Assembly (NCBI GenBank): GCA_037139685.1
Contig: JBAXFZ010000002.1
Coordinates: 1 to 33,131, forward strand
DNA length: 33,131 nucleotides
DNA from: Bacteroidota bacterium
Lineage (GTDB): Bacteria > Bacteroidota > Bacteroidia > Bacteroidales > FEN-979
Direction of reading: 5' to 3'
Shown: piece after piece, positions 26,419-33,131 of the stretch
Position numbering within the stretch: the stretch's first letter is position 1
How the letters are laid out: each line of letters begins with the position of its first letter
Notes under the pieces: generated by a model
Database searches by the model: none
Seen by the model: only the letters and a program-made list of their open reading frames with translations
What the model was told of the DNA's origin: nothing
Program-made: the position numbers and the translations under genes

Positions 26419-26493
26419 AATAAAAAAAAACGGTCATTTACAAAGAGATAAAAATTTTTGTTATGTAAATATTCTTACCAGTTGAAGTGATTA

Positions 26494-27603
26494 TCATGGT
26501 TTCCTGTCAAGTTTCGCCAGTGCATATGCATAAGCCCCAATGGAAACCGCCTTGGATGTGCCCAGTCGGGAAATCCCGATTCCAATTTTCTTGTTAGGGT
26601 CAAAGCTGACGGTTTTGGTCGAAAAGGGAACCGGGATATCGACTGACGTGGAGGTGAGAAATGAGTTCAGCTCGTTCGGGTCCTCAAGGTTATATGCAAC
26701 AACCTCCATGCGTTCGAGGGGGTGCCCCGACATGGTGTCGAATGGATAGTTCATCTCTTCGACCAGTTTTGGCAGGAAAATCGGGTAAGCTCCCGAGAGC
26801 CCGCCACCGATCACCACAAGCCCGTCGAGCAGCGTGATGGTATTGGCCAGGGCATCGGCAGCATCCCTGGCGAAGGCTTCAAAAGCGTGGACAGCAGCCT
26901 CCTGGTCTCCTTTTGACCTGCCCATGCCGATTTCGAAAATATCTCTTGGTTCGGGGCAGGAGGAGATGTTCAGCCCCGTGTTGTTGGCATACTCACGTTT
27001 GATGCCGCGGATGCTGACACTTTCCTCGGTATCCCAGTTCTTGAAGGTGCGGTTGCGCATCCGGTTGATTTCACCGCCGGCGCAGTTATCCCCGAGAAGC
27101 ATCCCGTCGCGGGTGACGATGCCTCCCCCGAAACCGGTGCCCAGCGTACAGCCGAAGAGATTTTTATATCGCTTCGGATTCCCTGCATCCTCGAGTTTTT
27201 TGTTGATTTCAGGAAGCAGCCCGGAGATGGCCTCACCAAAGGCAAACAAATCGCCGTCGTTGTTGATGAATACAGGGATGCCGAATTTCTCCTCGAGCAT
27301 CGGGCCAAGTGCCACGCCTCCCCTGAAGAAGGGCAGGTTCTGCAGGTCGCCGATAATCCCGTTCTCAAAATCTGCCGGGCCGGGGAATGCAAAACTGATG
27401 GCGACCGGTTTAGGCAACAGTTTAGACTGAACCAGGTTAAAGCCATCAATGATTTTATTTAAAACCCCCTCCAGGTTGTCATCTTTGGCCGACATGGTAA
27501 TGGGCTCAAGGATCTCCTGTTCAGCCTGTACGGCGTTGAAAACAAAATTGGTGCCACCGGCATCCAGGGTCATTACAACACGTATGTCATTTTTATAAGT
27601 CAT
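26494..27603 (-). CDS. ROK-family protein (sugar-kinase-like)
   Basis: N-terminal ATPase motif (LDAGGTNFVF), NNDGDLFAFGE, and GTGFGGGIV....LLGDNCAGGEI, which resembles ROK signatures. I do not see the CxCGxxGCxE zinc motif. The start is set at the ATG at 27603 (MTYKNDIRVV). Confidence 0.8.
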   Translation of the reverse strand: MTYKNDIRVVMTLDAGGTNFVFNAVQAEQEILEPITMSAKDDNLEGVLNKIIDGFNLVQSKLLPKPVAISFAFPGPADFENGIIGDLQNLPFFRGGVALGPMLEEKFGIPVFINNDGDLFAFGEAISGLLPEINKKLEDAGNPKRYKNLFGCTLGTGFGGGIVTRDGMLLGDNCAGGEINRMRNRTFKNWDTEESVSIRGIKREYANNTGLNISSCPEPRDIFEIGMGRSKGDQEAAVHAFEAFARDAADALANTITLLDGLVVIGGGLSGAYPIFLPKLVEEMNYPFDTMSGHPLERMEVVAYNLEDPNELNSFLTSTSVDIPVPFSTKTVSFDPNKKIGIGISRLGTSKAVSIGAYAYALAKLDRKP

Positions 27604-27720
27604 TGCAGAATTGTTAAATTTCAACCAGGCGAAGAAAGTTTTACTTACGGAATACGAAGTACGAAAAAAAAGCTCAAACTTCAAAGAAATTTGTCATTAA
27701 TAATTTCGCAATTCACTATT

Positions 27721-27753
27721 TCGCTACCTCGCTACCACGCTACCTCGCTACCT
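27721..27753. repeat. Tandem octamer array (TCGCTACC)x4, abutting the polA stop codon
   Basis: Units read TCGCTACC, TCGCTACC, ACGCTACC, TCGCTACC, then TAC. The polA stop (CTA on plus) is at 27755-27757. The array is about 120 nt upstream of the ROK gene start. Confidence 0.85.
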
Positions 27754-27754
27754 A

Positions 27755-30685
27755 CTAATGCGCCTCCAGCCAGTTAGCCCCGGTGTTCATCTCCACAAGT
27801 ACAGGTACATCGAGCAGGATGGCATTTTGCATCCCTTCGGTGACAATGGGTTTGATCACCTCGATTTCGCTCTTATGCACATCGAACACCAGTTCGTCGT
27901 GTACCTGCAGGATCATCCGCGACTTCAGCTCCTGCTGCTGCATCTCCCTGAAAATATTGATCATGGCGATCTTGATCATGTCGGCAGCCGTGCCCTGGAT
28001 GGGTGCGTTGATGGCATTCCGCTCGGCAAAACTCCGGATGGTGGCGTTGCCAGAGACAATGTCGCGCAGGTAGCGCCTGCGTTTCATCATGGTTTCCACG
28101 TAACCGTTGAGGCGCGCCGATTCAATGGTACTGTCCATGTATGTCTTGATGCCGGGATACTTGATAAAATACTGGCTGATGATTTCTGCAGCCTCCTTGC
28201 GGGGGATATTCAGCCGTTCAGACAAGCCAAATGCCGAAATTCCATAGATGATCCCGAAATTGACCATCTTGGCGTTTCGGCGCATCTCCCTGGTGACTTC
28301 GCCGAGCTCGATTCCATAAACCTTTGCAGCCGTAGCCGCATGAATATCGAGACCCAGGTTGAAATCGGCGATCATCCCTGCATCCCGGCTCAGGTGGGCG
28401 ATGATGCGTAATTCGATCTGGGAATAGTCGGCCGAGAGCAGCAGGTAATTTTCGTCACGGGGTACAAAAGCCTTCCTGATTTCGCGTCCCTTCTCGGTAC
28501 GGATCGGGATATTCTGCAGGTTTGGATTGTTCGAACTCAGGCGCCCGGTTGCGGCTACCGCCTGGTTGTACGAGGTGTGAACCCTGCCGTCGCGGGGATT
28601 GATCAGGGTGGGAAGGACATCCACATAGGTCGATTTTAACTTTGTAAGCGACCTGTATTCAAGTATTTTACTGACAATGGGATGTTTATGCTCGAGTTTG
28701 GCCAGGACATCCTCACTGGTGCTGAATTGTTTGGTCTTGGTCTGTTTTGGATTTTCGACGATGCGCAATTTTTCGTAGAGGATCTCCCCGAGCTGCTTCG
28801 GTGATGAAACGTTGAAGCTGGTTCCCGCATCCTCGTATATGGCGCTTTCAAGGACCCGTATCTCCTTTTCAAGTTCTGCCGAAAAATCATTCAGGGTAAC
28901 CGGGTCGATCCTGATCCCCTCGGCCTCCATCGATGCAAGTACCGGGATCAGCGGAATTTCAATGTTGTCAAATAATCCCCGGGTATCCGACTCCTCCAGC
29001 ATGGGCTCGAAAACCTCCTTCAGCTGAAAGGTGATATCGGCATCTTCGGCGGCATACTCCTTTACGGTTTCGATATCGACCGAACGCATGTTGAGCTGGT
29101 TCACCCCTTTTTTCCCGATCAGGGTTTCGATTGAAACCGGGCTGTATTCCAGGTAGGTTTCGGCCAGCAGGTCCATGCCGTGGCGCATATCCGGCTGGAT
29201 GAGATAATGGGCCATCATGGTGTCGAAAAGAGGACCATTGACAATCACATCATACCATCGAAGGATCGAAATGTCGAACTTCATATTCTGCCCGATTTTC
29301 TGGATTTTGTCGTTTTCCATTACCGGTTTGAACAGGGAAACTATTGCAAGGGTGGCATCGCGTTCTTCCGGCAGCGGCACATAGTATGCCTCATGTGCCT
29401 TCCACGAAAACGACATGCCGACAAGCTCGGCGGTATTGGGGTTCAAACCCGTGGTCTCGGTATCAAAGCAGAAGGAGCGCTGTTTTTCAAGATCACTGAC
29501 GAGTTTCTCAACCTTTTCAGGGGTGTCGGCCAGGAAGTAGGTGTGGGGGGTGTCGGAAATTGTAAAATGACGGCCCTGGTATTCACCGGCAGGCGAAATG
29601 TCCCCATCACCGGGTTCAGAATCGGAAGGGGGCGTCACAGGGGCAGAAGCTACTGGTCTTGGAGTTGTCAGGCCCGCTTTGGGAGGAGTGACAAAAGAGT
29701 GGGCAGATCCGGAAAACAGGTCCTGCTGTACCCCCTGTTTTGCATTTTGCATTTTTCCCTTTGCATTTTGAACCTCATGAGTCTCCTGGTCCTTTGAAGC
29801 CAGCCAGTTGAACACCCGCTGGCCGAAGGTGCGGAATTCAAGTTCGTCGAACAGCTTTTTTAACCGCTGTTCATCGGGATGTTCCATGATCAGCCTGGTT
29901 TCATCGAAATCAACTGGCACATCGAGGATGATGGTGGCAAGCTGCTTCGACATTATTGCCTGGTCGCTGAATTCTAATACTTTCAAGCGCAGCTTTTCAT
30001 TTGTGATTTTATCAGCATTGGCGATGAGGTTTTCAACCGAATCAAATTCGGCCACCAGTTTCTTCGCCGTTACTTCGCCAACACCCGGGATCCCGGGAAT
30101 ATTATCTGCAGCATCGCCCCACAGGCCAAGGATGTCGATCACCTGTCCCGGACGGCTTATGCTGAATTTTTCACATACCTCTTTCACCCCAAGGATTTCA
30201 ACATCACTGCCGAACTTGCCCGGCTTGTAAATGAAGGTCTGATCGCTGACAAGCTGCCCGAAATCCTTGTCGGGCGTCATCATGTAAGTTGTAAAACCAT
30301 GTTTCTCCGCTTGTTTGGCAAGGGTGCCGATCACATCGTCGGCCTCATACCCGTCGACAAACAATACCGGGATATTAAACCCCTCAATCAACTCCTTGAT
30401 ATAGGGAATCGAGTTGATGATATCCTCGGGAGTATCCTGGCGGTGGGCCTTGTAGGCGTCAAATCCAACTTTCCGTACAGTCGGGGCCATGGTGTCGAAA
30501 GCAACAGCGATATGGGTCGGCTTCTCGTTCTTAAGCAGATCAAGCAGCACATTGGCAAAACCGAAGACGGCAGATGTATTCACCCCTTTTGAGCTCAGGC
30601 GGGGATTTTTGTTAAAGGCGAAATAGGCCCTGTAAATCAGGGCCATGGCATCGAGAAGGAAAAGCTTTTTGGGAGGATTCTGCAT
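27755..30685 (-). CDS. polA: DNA polymerase I (5' nuclease, 3'-5' exonuclease and polymerase domains)
   Basis: The N-terminus KKLFLLDAMALIYRAYFAF belongs to the 5' nuclease domain. Exonuclease motifs FDTETT and YAAEDAD are present, as are polymerase motifs A (LLSADYSQIELRI), B (RRNAKMVNFGIIYG) and C (LQVHDELV). The start is set at the ATG at 30685; the ORF-track extension to 31048 overlaps the divergent gene and promoter. Confidence 0.95.
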   Translation of the reverse strand: MQNPPKKLFLLDAMALIYRAYFAFNKNPRLSSKGVNTSAVFGFANVLLDLLKNEKPTHIAVAFDTMAPTVRKVGFDAYKAHRQDTPEDIINSIPYIKELIEGFNIPVLFVDGYEADDVIGTLAKQAEKHGFTTYMMTPDKDFGQLVSDQTFIYKPGKFGSDVEILGVKEVCEKFSISRPGQVIDILGLWGDAADNIPGIPGVGEVTAKKLVAEFDSVENLIANADKITNEKLRLKVLEFSDQAIMSKQLATIILDVPVDFDETRLIMEHPDEQRLKKLFDELEFRTFGQRVFNWLASKDQETHEVQNAKGKMQNAKQGVQQDLFSGSAHSFVTPPKAGLTTPRPVASAPVTPPSDSEPGDGDISPAGEYQGRHFTISDTPHTYFLADTPEKVEKLVSDLEKQRSFCFDTETTGLNPNTAELVGMSFSWKAHEAYYVPLPEERDATLAIVSLFKPVMENDKIQKIGQNMKFDISILRWYDVIVNGPLFDTMMAHYLIQPDMRHGMDLLAETYLEYSPVSIETLIGKKGVNQLNMRSVDIETVKEYAAEDADITFQLKEVFEPMLEESDTRGLFDNIEIPLIPVLASMEAEGIRIDPVTLNDFSAELEKEIRVLESAIYEDAGTSFNVSSPKQLGEILYEKLRIVENPKQTKTKQFSTSEDVLAKLEHKHPIVSKILEYRSLTKLKSTYVDVLPTLINPRDGRVHTSYNQAVAATGRLSSNNPNLQNIPIRTEKGREIRKAFVPRDENYLLLSADYSQIELRIIAHLSRDAGMIADFNLGLDIHAATAAKVYGIELGEVTREMRRNAKMVNFGIIYGISAFGLSERLNIPRKEAAEIISQYFIKYPGIKTYMDSTIESARLNGYVETMMKRRRYLRDIVSGNATIRSFAERNAINAPIQGTAADMIKIAMINIFREMQQQELKSRMILQVHDELVFDVHKSEIEVIKPIVTEGMQNAILLDVPVLVEMNTGANWLEAH
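29738..29771. repeat. TTTTGCA repeat patch inside the polA coding sequence
   Basis: The plus strand reads TTTTGCA-TTTTGCA-TTTTTCCC-TTTGCA-TTTTGA. On the coding (minus) strand this encodes QNAKGKMQNAKQ in the linker between the 5' nuclease and 3'-5' exonuclease domains. It has the same core as the 5004-5073 array. Confidence 0.6.
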
Positions 30686-30839
30686 GATTTCGGCAAAAAT
30701 TATAAAAGTTAAGCTAAATGAAAGGTGTCTTCGATTCCTGAAAAACGAGGAATGATGCGCTTCCCGGAATAGTTCCCGGTTTTTTTCCAATTTAGTGCAT
30801 AAAATTACCTTAATTCCGCCATTATTTTCAAAATCGTTG

Positions 30840-30847
30840 TAAATTTG
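30840..30847 (+). promoter_or_regulatory. Candidate -7 box TAAATTTG for the 30933 gene
   Basis: TAnnTTTG match 85 nt upstream of the ATG at 30933. Confidence 0.3.
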
Positions 30848-30932
30848 GGTATTAAATAACATTGGGACAAACTTCGGTTCACTGACCATTCGGCATACTC
30901 CACAGTCGTATTCATTTATAAATACAGTTATA

Positions 30933-32474
30933 ATGAAAAAGTTATCTCTCCTAGTCCTGCTTATTTTCACTGCGTACCACCTTTCAGCACAATTCCAGGA
31001 TATAACCTGGATCTTCGGCAGGCCCCAGACAGGGACAACCAATGCCACCCTTTATTTCGGCGATCTTTCAAACCCGGTAGTTAATCTCCCTACCGGTCAG
31101 CCCAACCAGATCACCACCGGCAACGGCGGCGAGCAGTGGGCTGTTGTTACGAACCCCTACACGGGGGCGCTTATTTTCTATACCGACGGCAAAAATGTCT
31201 TTGATAAACAGAACAACCTGGTGAGCTCCGTCAACCTGGGGGGCAATACCTCCAGCTCCCAGCCGGTGGCGATAGCCCCGATTCCCCATACCGACACCCT
31301 AAAATCCTTGTACCGTCAATATTATATTTTTTCCAACGGGACGGGAGCGGTCGAAACCAGTTACACCATCGGTACCGTAACCTGCCGCATTTACGATGCC
31401 ATTTCACAGACCTTTGGCGAAACCACCGGGTTACCTGGTCCGTACGGGTTTGCCCAGGTTACCGAAGGGATGAAGATCGTGCCGAGCGATACAGATCCTG
31501 ATGTTTTGTGGCTGATCGTCAGCCTTTTCCCGGATGTTCCCGCCAATAGCTTCAAATACGTGGTTTACAAGATCGACCGGGACATTGTTTCCTACGCAGG
31601 AAATTACGACTTCGGTCCGCAGAAACTCCCCCTGCCCGGGAGCGGAGCGTCACCCATCCTGTTCATCACCAGTTCCAAGGCAGGAACGGGCACCGGCACC
31701 ACGAACATCGGTATTTCGGTCCAGTACACCAGCGCGGTCTTTACGATCGAATTTGACAATGTCAACGGCAATTTCCGTCCATCAACAGTTAAAAGATGCG
31801 ATCCGGGTTACAGCTCCTCCGTCCCGTCCGTGTACAACCTGGAATTCTCCCCAAACGGGAACTTCCTCTATTATACTGTTTACAAGACCTTCATGGAGAT
31901 GAACGAGCTCTACCAGGTTGACCTCGGCAATTCATTCTTTTCCCCCACCCTGGTTCACACCTTCCCCGAGACCTATGCCGGCGGGTTGAAACGGGGACCC
32001 GATGGACTGGTCTATCATATTTCCGACAACGGGTATTTCACCGGGCATCTTCAGCTGGGCCGGATCCTGCAACCGGATGCACTGTTCATCCCGGGGGTGA
32101 CCGCCTTCGGCGATTTCTACCAGGAGGATTTCAAGGTTTATAACAATGTTTTTGGCTTCGGACTGTGTGAGTTCACCGTGCTGCCCGACGGTACCAAGGC
32201 TGGACTGCCGGACCTGGCATCCGGGAAATCCGGCACCCTGGCTGTTTATCCAAACCCGGCACAGGATTTTGTGACTATAACTGCAACTGAAAAAATCTCG
32301 GGAATGTACGACGTTTCACTGGTCACCCTTCAGGGTGCCGTAATCCTGAATAAAAAGATGCAGGCAGACTCTTTTTTAACACTGGATGTTAGTTCGCTGG
32401 ACGCCGGGGCCTACCTTATCTCCCTGCAGAACCGGCAGGACATCTTCCGCGGCAAGCTGATCATCCGGAAATAA
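30933..32474 (+). CDS. Secreted hypothetical protein with a T9SS C-terminal sorting domain
   Basis: Signal peptide (MKKLSLLVLLIFTAYHLSAQ) and a Por-type C-terminal domain (...VYPNPAQDFVTITA...GAYLISL...GKLIIRK). The body is unassigned and may be beta-propeller-like. Confidence 0.78.
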   Translation: MKKLSLLVLLIFTAYHLSAQFQDITWIFGRPQTGTTNATLYFGDLSNPVVNLPTGQPNQITTGNGGEQWAVVTNPYTGALIFYTDGKNVFDKQNNLVSSVNLGGNTSSSQPVAIAPIPHTDTLKSLYRQYYIFSNGTGAVETSYTIGTVTCRIYDAISQTFGETTGLPGPYGFAQVTEGMKIVPSDTDPDVLWLIVSLFPDVPANSFKYVVYKIDRDIVSYAGNYDFGPQKLPLPGSGASPILFITSSKAGTGTGTTNIGISVQYTSAVFTIEFDNVNGNFRPSTVKRCDPGYSSSVPSVYNLEFSPNGNFLYYTVYKTFMEMNELYQVDLGNSFFSPTLVHTFPETYAGGLKRGPDGLVYHISDNGYFTGHLQLGRILQPDALFIPGVTAFGDFYQEDFKVYNNVFGFGLCEFTVLPDGTKAGLPDLASGKSGTLAVYPNPAQDFVTITATEKISGMYDVSLVTLQGAVILNKKMQADSFLTLDVSSLDAGAYLISLQNRQDIFRGKLIIRK

Positions 32475-32522
32475 CAGGTGTCCGGCCCTGGACACTAATT
32501 ATTCACTTTAAAAAACAATGCG

Positions 32523-32984
32523 ATGCGACAATACAAAATTAAAAAAGGAAACCATTATTGCTCTGTCAATGTTTTTGAAAGAATTGGTGCAATTGGCTGG
32601 AAAATAAACAAGTATTCAGTGCGCTTTATGCTGCACAACGAATGCTGGTGGGCTCCCCCACGCAACATCGACGACAGCGACCAGAACAAGGTTACCGGTA
32701 TTTCATACGGGATGAATGACCATAGCAACTCTGTCAGGTTAACCTGGGTCCCTGATTTTACCTCCAGCGGTAAGGTTAAAATCTATGGCTATACATATGA
32801 TGAGAAAACAACCGATCCTAAATTCACCTTCCTCTATATTACAACAATACAGACCGGTCAGGTTTACGATGCATGTATCGAATCGGTGGGAAGCAAATAC
32901 AAAATCACCGTAAACGGAGTGAGCATCTTCATGGATAACCTGCATGCCGACCCCAGCCTCTGTTTCAACATGAGAGATGCATGA
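32523..32984 (+). CDS. Hypothetical protein (153 aa), no signal peptide, AT-rich
   Basis: ATG start and an uninterrupted ORF. Composition is visibly more AT-rich than its neighbours. I found no promoter box in the 48-nt gap after the previous gene. No family recognised. Confidence 0.55.
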   Translation: MRQYKIKKGNHYCSVNVFERIGAIGWKINKYSVRFMLHNECWWAPPRNIDDSDQNKVTGISYGMNDHSNSVRLTWVPDFTSSGKVKIYGYTYDEKTTDPKFTFLYITTIQTGQVYDACIESVGSKYKITVNGVSIFMDNLHADPSLCFNMRDA

Positions 32985-33131
32985 CAACCACCCGATGTGC
33001 AATACGCGGGATGCATGAGATGCAGCTACGAACGGTGGCGATATCATTGCTCTGCATATTCCTGTTTGCCAGCCAGGCAGCGTTTGGCCTTGATCGAAGA
33101 ACTCAAAACCTGGGCCGCAGAACACGCCCAA
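32981..33131 (+). CDS. 5' part of a secreted or membrane protein gene (runs off the window); start uncertain
   Basis: The frame is open from the ATG at 32981, which overlaps the preceding stop as ATGA, to the window end. In-frame ATGs at 33011 and 33020 give MQLRTVAISLLCIFLFASQAAFG, a classic signal peptide. It is too short to appear in the ORF track. Confidence 0.35.
   Translation, partial: MTTTRCAIRGMHEMQLRTVAISLLCIFLFASQAAFGLDRRTQNLGRRTRP

Noticed and set aside
30686-31048. N-terminal 121-codon extension of the polA ORF
   Set aside because: The conserved Pol I N-terminus (KKLFLLDAMALIYRAYF) begins right after the ATG at 30685. The extension overlaps the divergent 30933 gene and its promoter region and has no homology-like features.
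32475-32500. Terminator hairpin GTGTCC/GGACAC after the 30933..32474 gene
   Set aside because: The stem is only 6 bp, the loop is GC-rich, and no T-run follows. This is compatible with read-through into the 32523 gene, so it is not annotated.

Overview
This window reads as a chromosomal segment of a Bacteroidota genome. That is my inference from four things: TAnnTTTG '-7' promoter boxes in front of most genes, near absence of Shine-Dalgarno sequences, four proteins ending in Por/T9SS C-terminal sorting domains plus a TonB-dependent receptor, and the gene order dut - TPR - lipoprotein - M23/EnvC-like.

Most of the content is housekeeping: a partial tRNA-Arg(CCT), metG, a COG1533-type radical SAM protein, an LD-carboxypeptidase, YraN, RNase H, a MOP-type flippase, dut, a TPR protein, a lipoprotein, an EnvC-like M23 protein, an EamA transporter, a CNNM/CorC protein, a ROK-family protein and polA. 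Interleaved with these are surface or secreted functions: a BNR/Asp-box protein, a C25 gingipain-like peptidase, an Omp28-like/PKD protein, two further secreted proteins and a TonB-dependent receptor.

I found no CRISPR array, intact mobile element, recognisable defence or toxin-antitoxin module, or biosynthetic cluster. I cannot honestly nominate a new multi-gene system from sequence alone.

The signals that stand out are smaller in scale:
1. A decayed duplicate of the tRNA-Arg gene, including its upstream region, brackets a 1.1-kb segment. It sits next to a frameshifted Y1 (HUH) transposase remnant.
2. A family of TTTGCA-core short tandem repeats lies directly against promoters, and a related copy is embedded in the coding sequence of the polA inter-domain linker. 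Two other unrelated micro-tandem repeats also sit at gene boundaries.
3. In three genes the -7 box ends 4-5 nt before the ATG, which suggests leaderless mRNAs.
4. A roughly 70-nt rod-like hairpin with a perfect 19-bp stem lies between convergent genes.
5. An apparent operon joins a T9SS cargo protein, a small membrane-anchored protein, a structured 173-nt spacer and a TonB-dependent receptor.
6. An AT-rich orphan gene is coupled by an ATGA overlap to a signal-peptide ORF at the right edge.

All family assignments come from motif recognition by eye. No database search was run.
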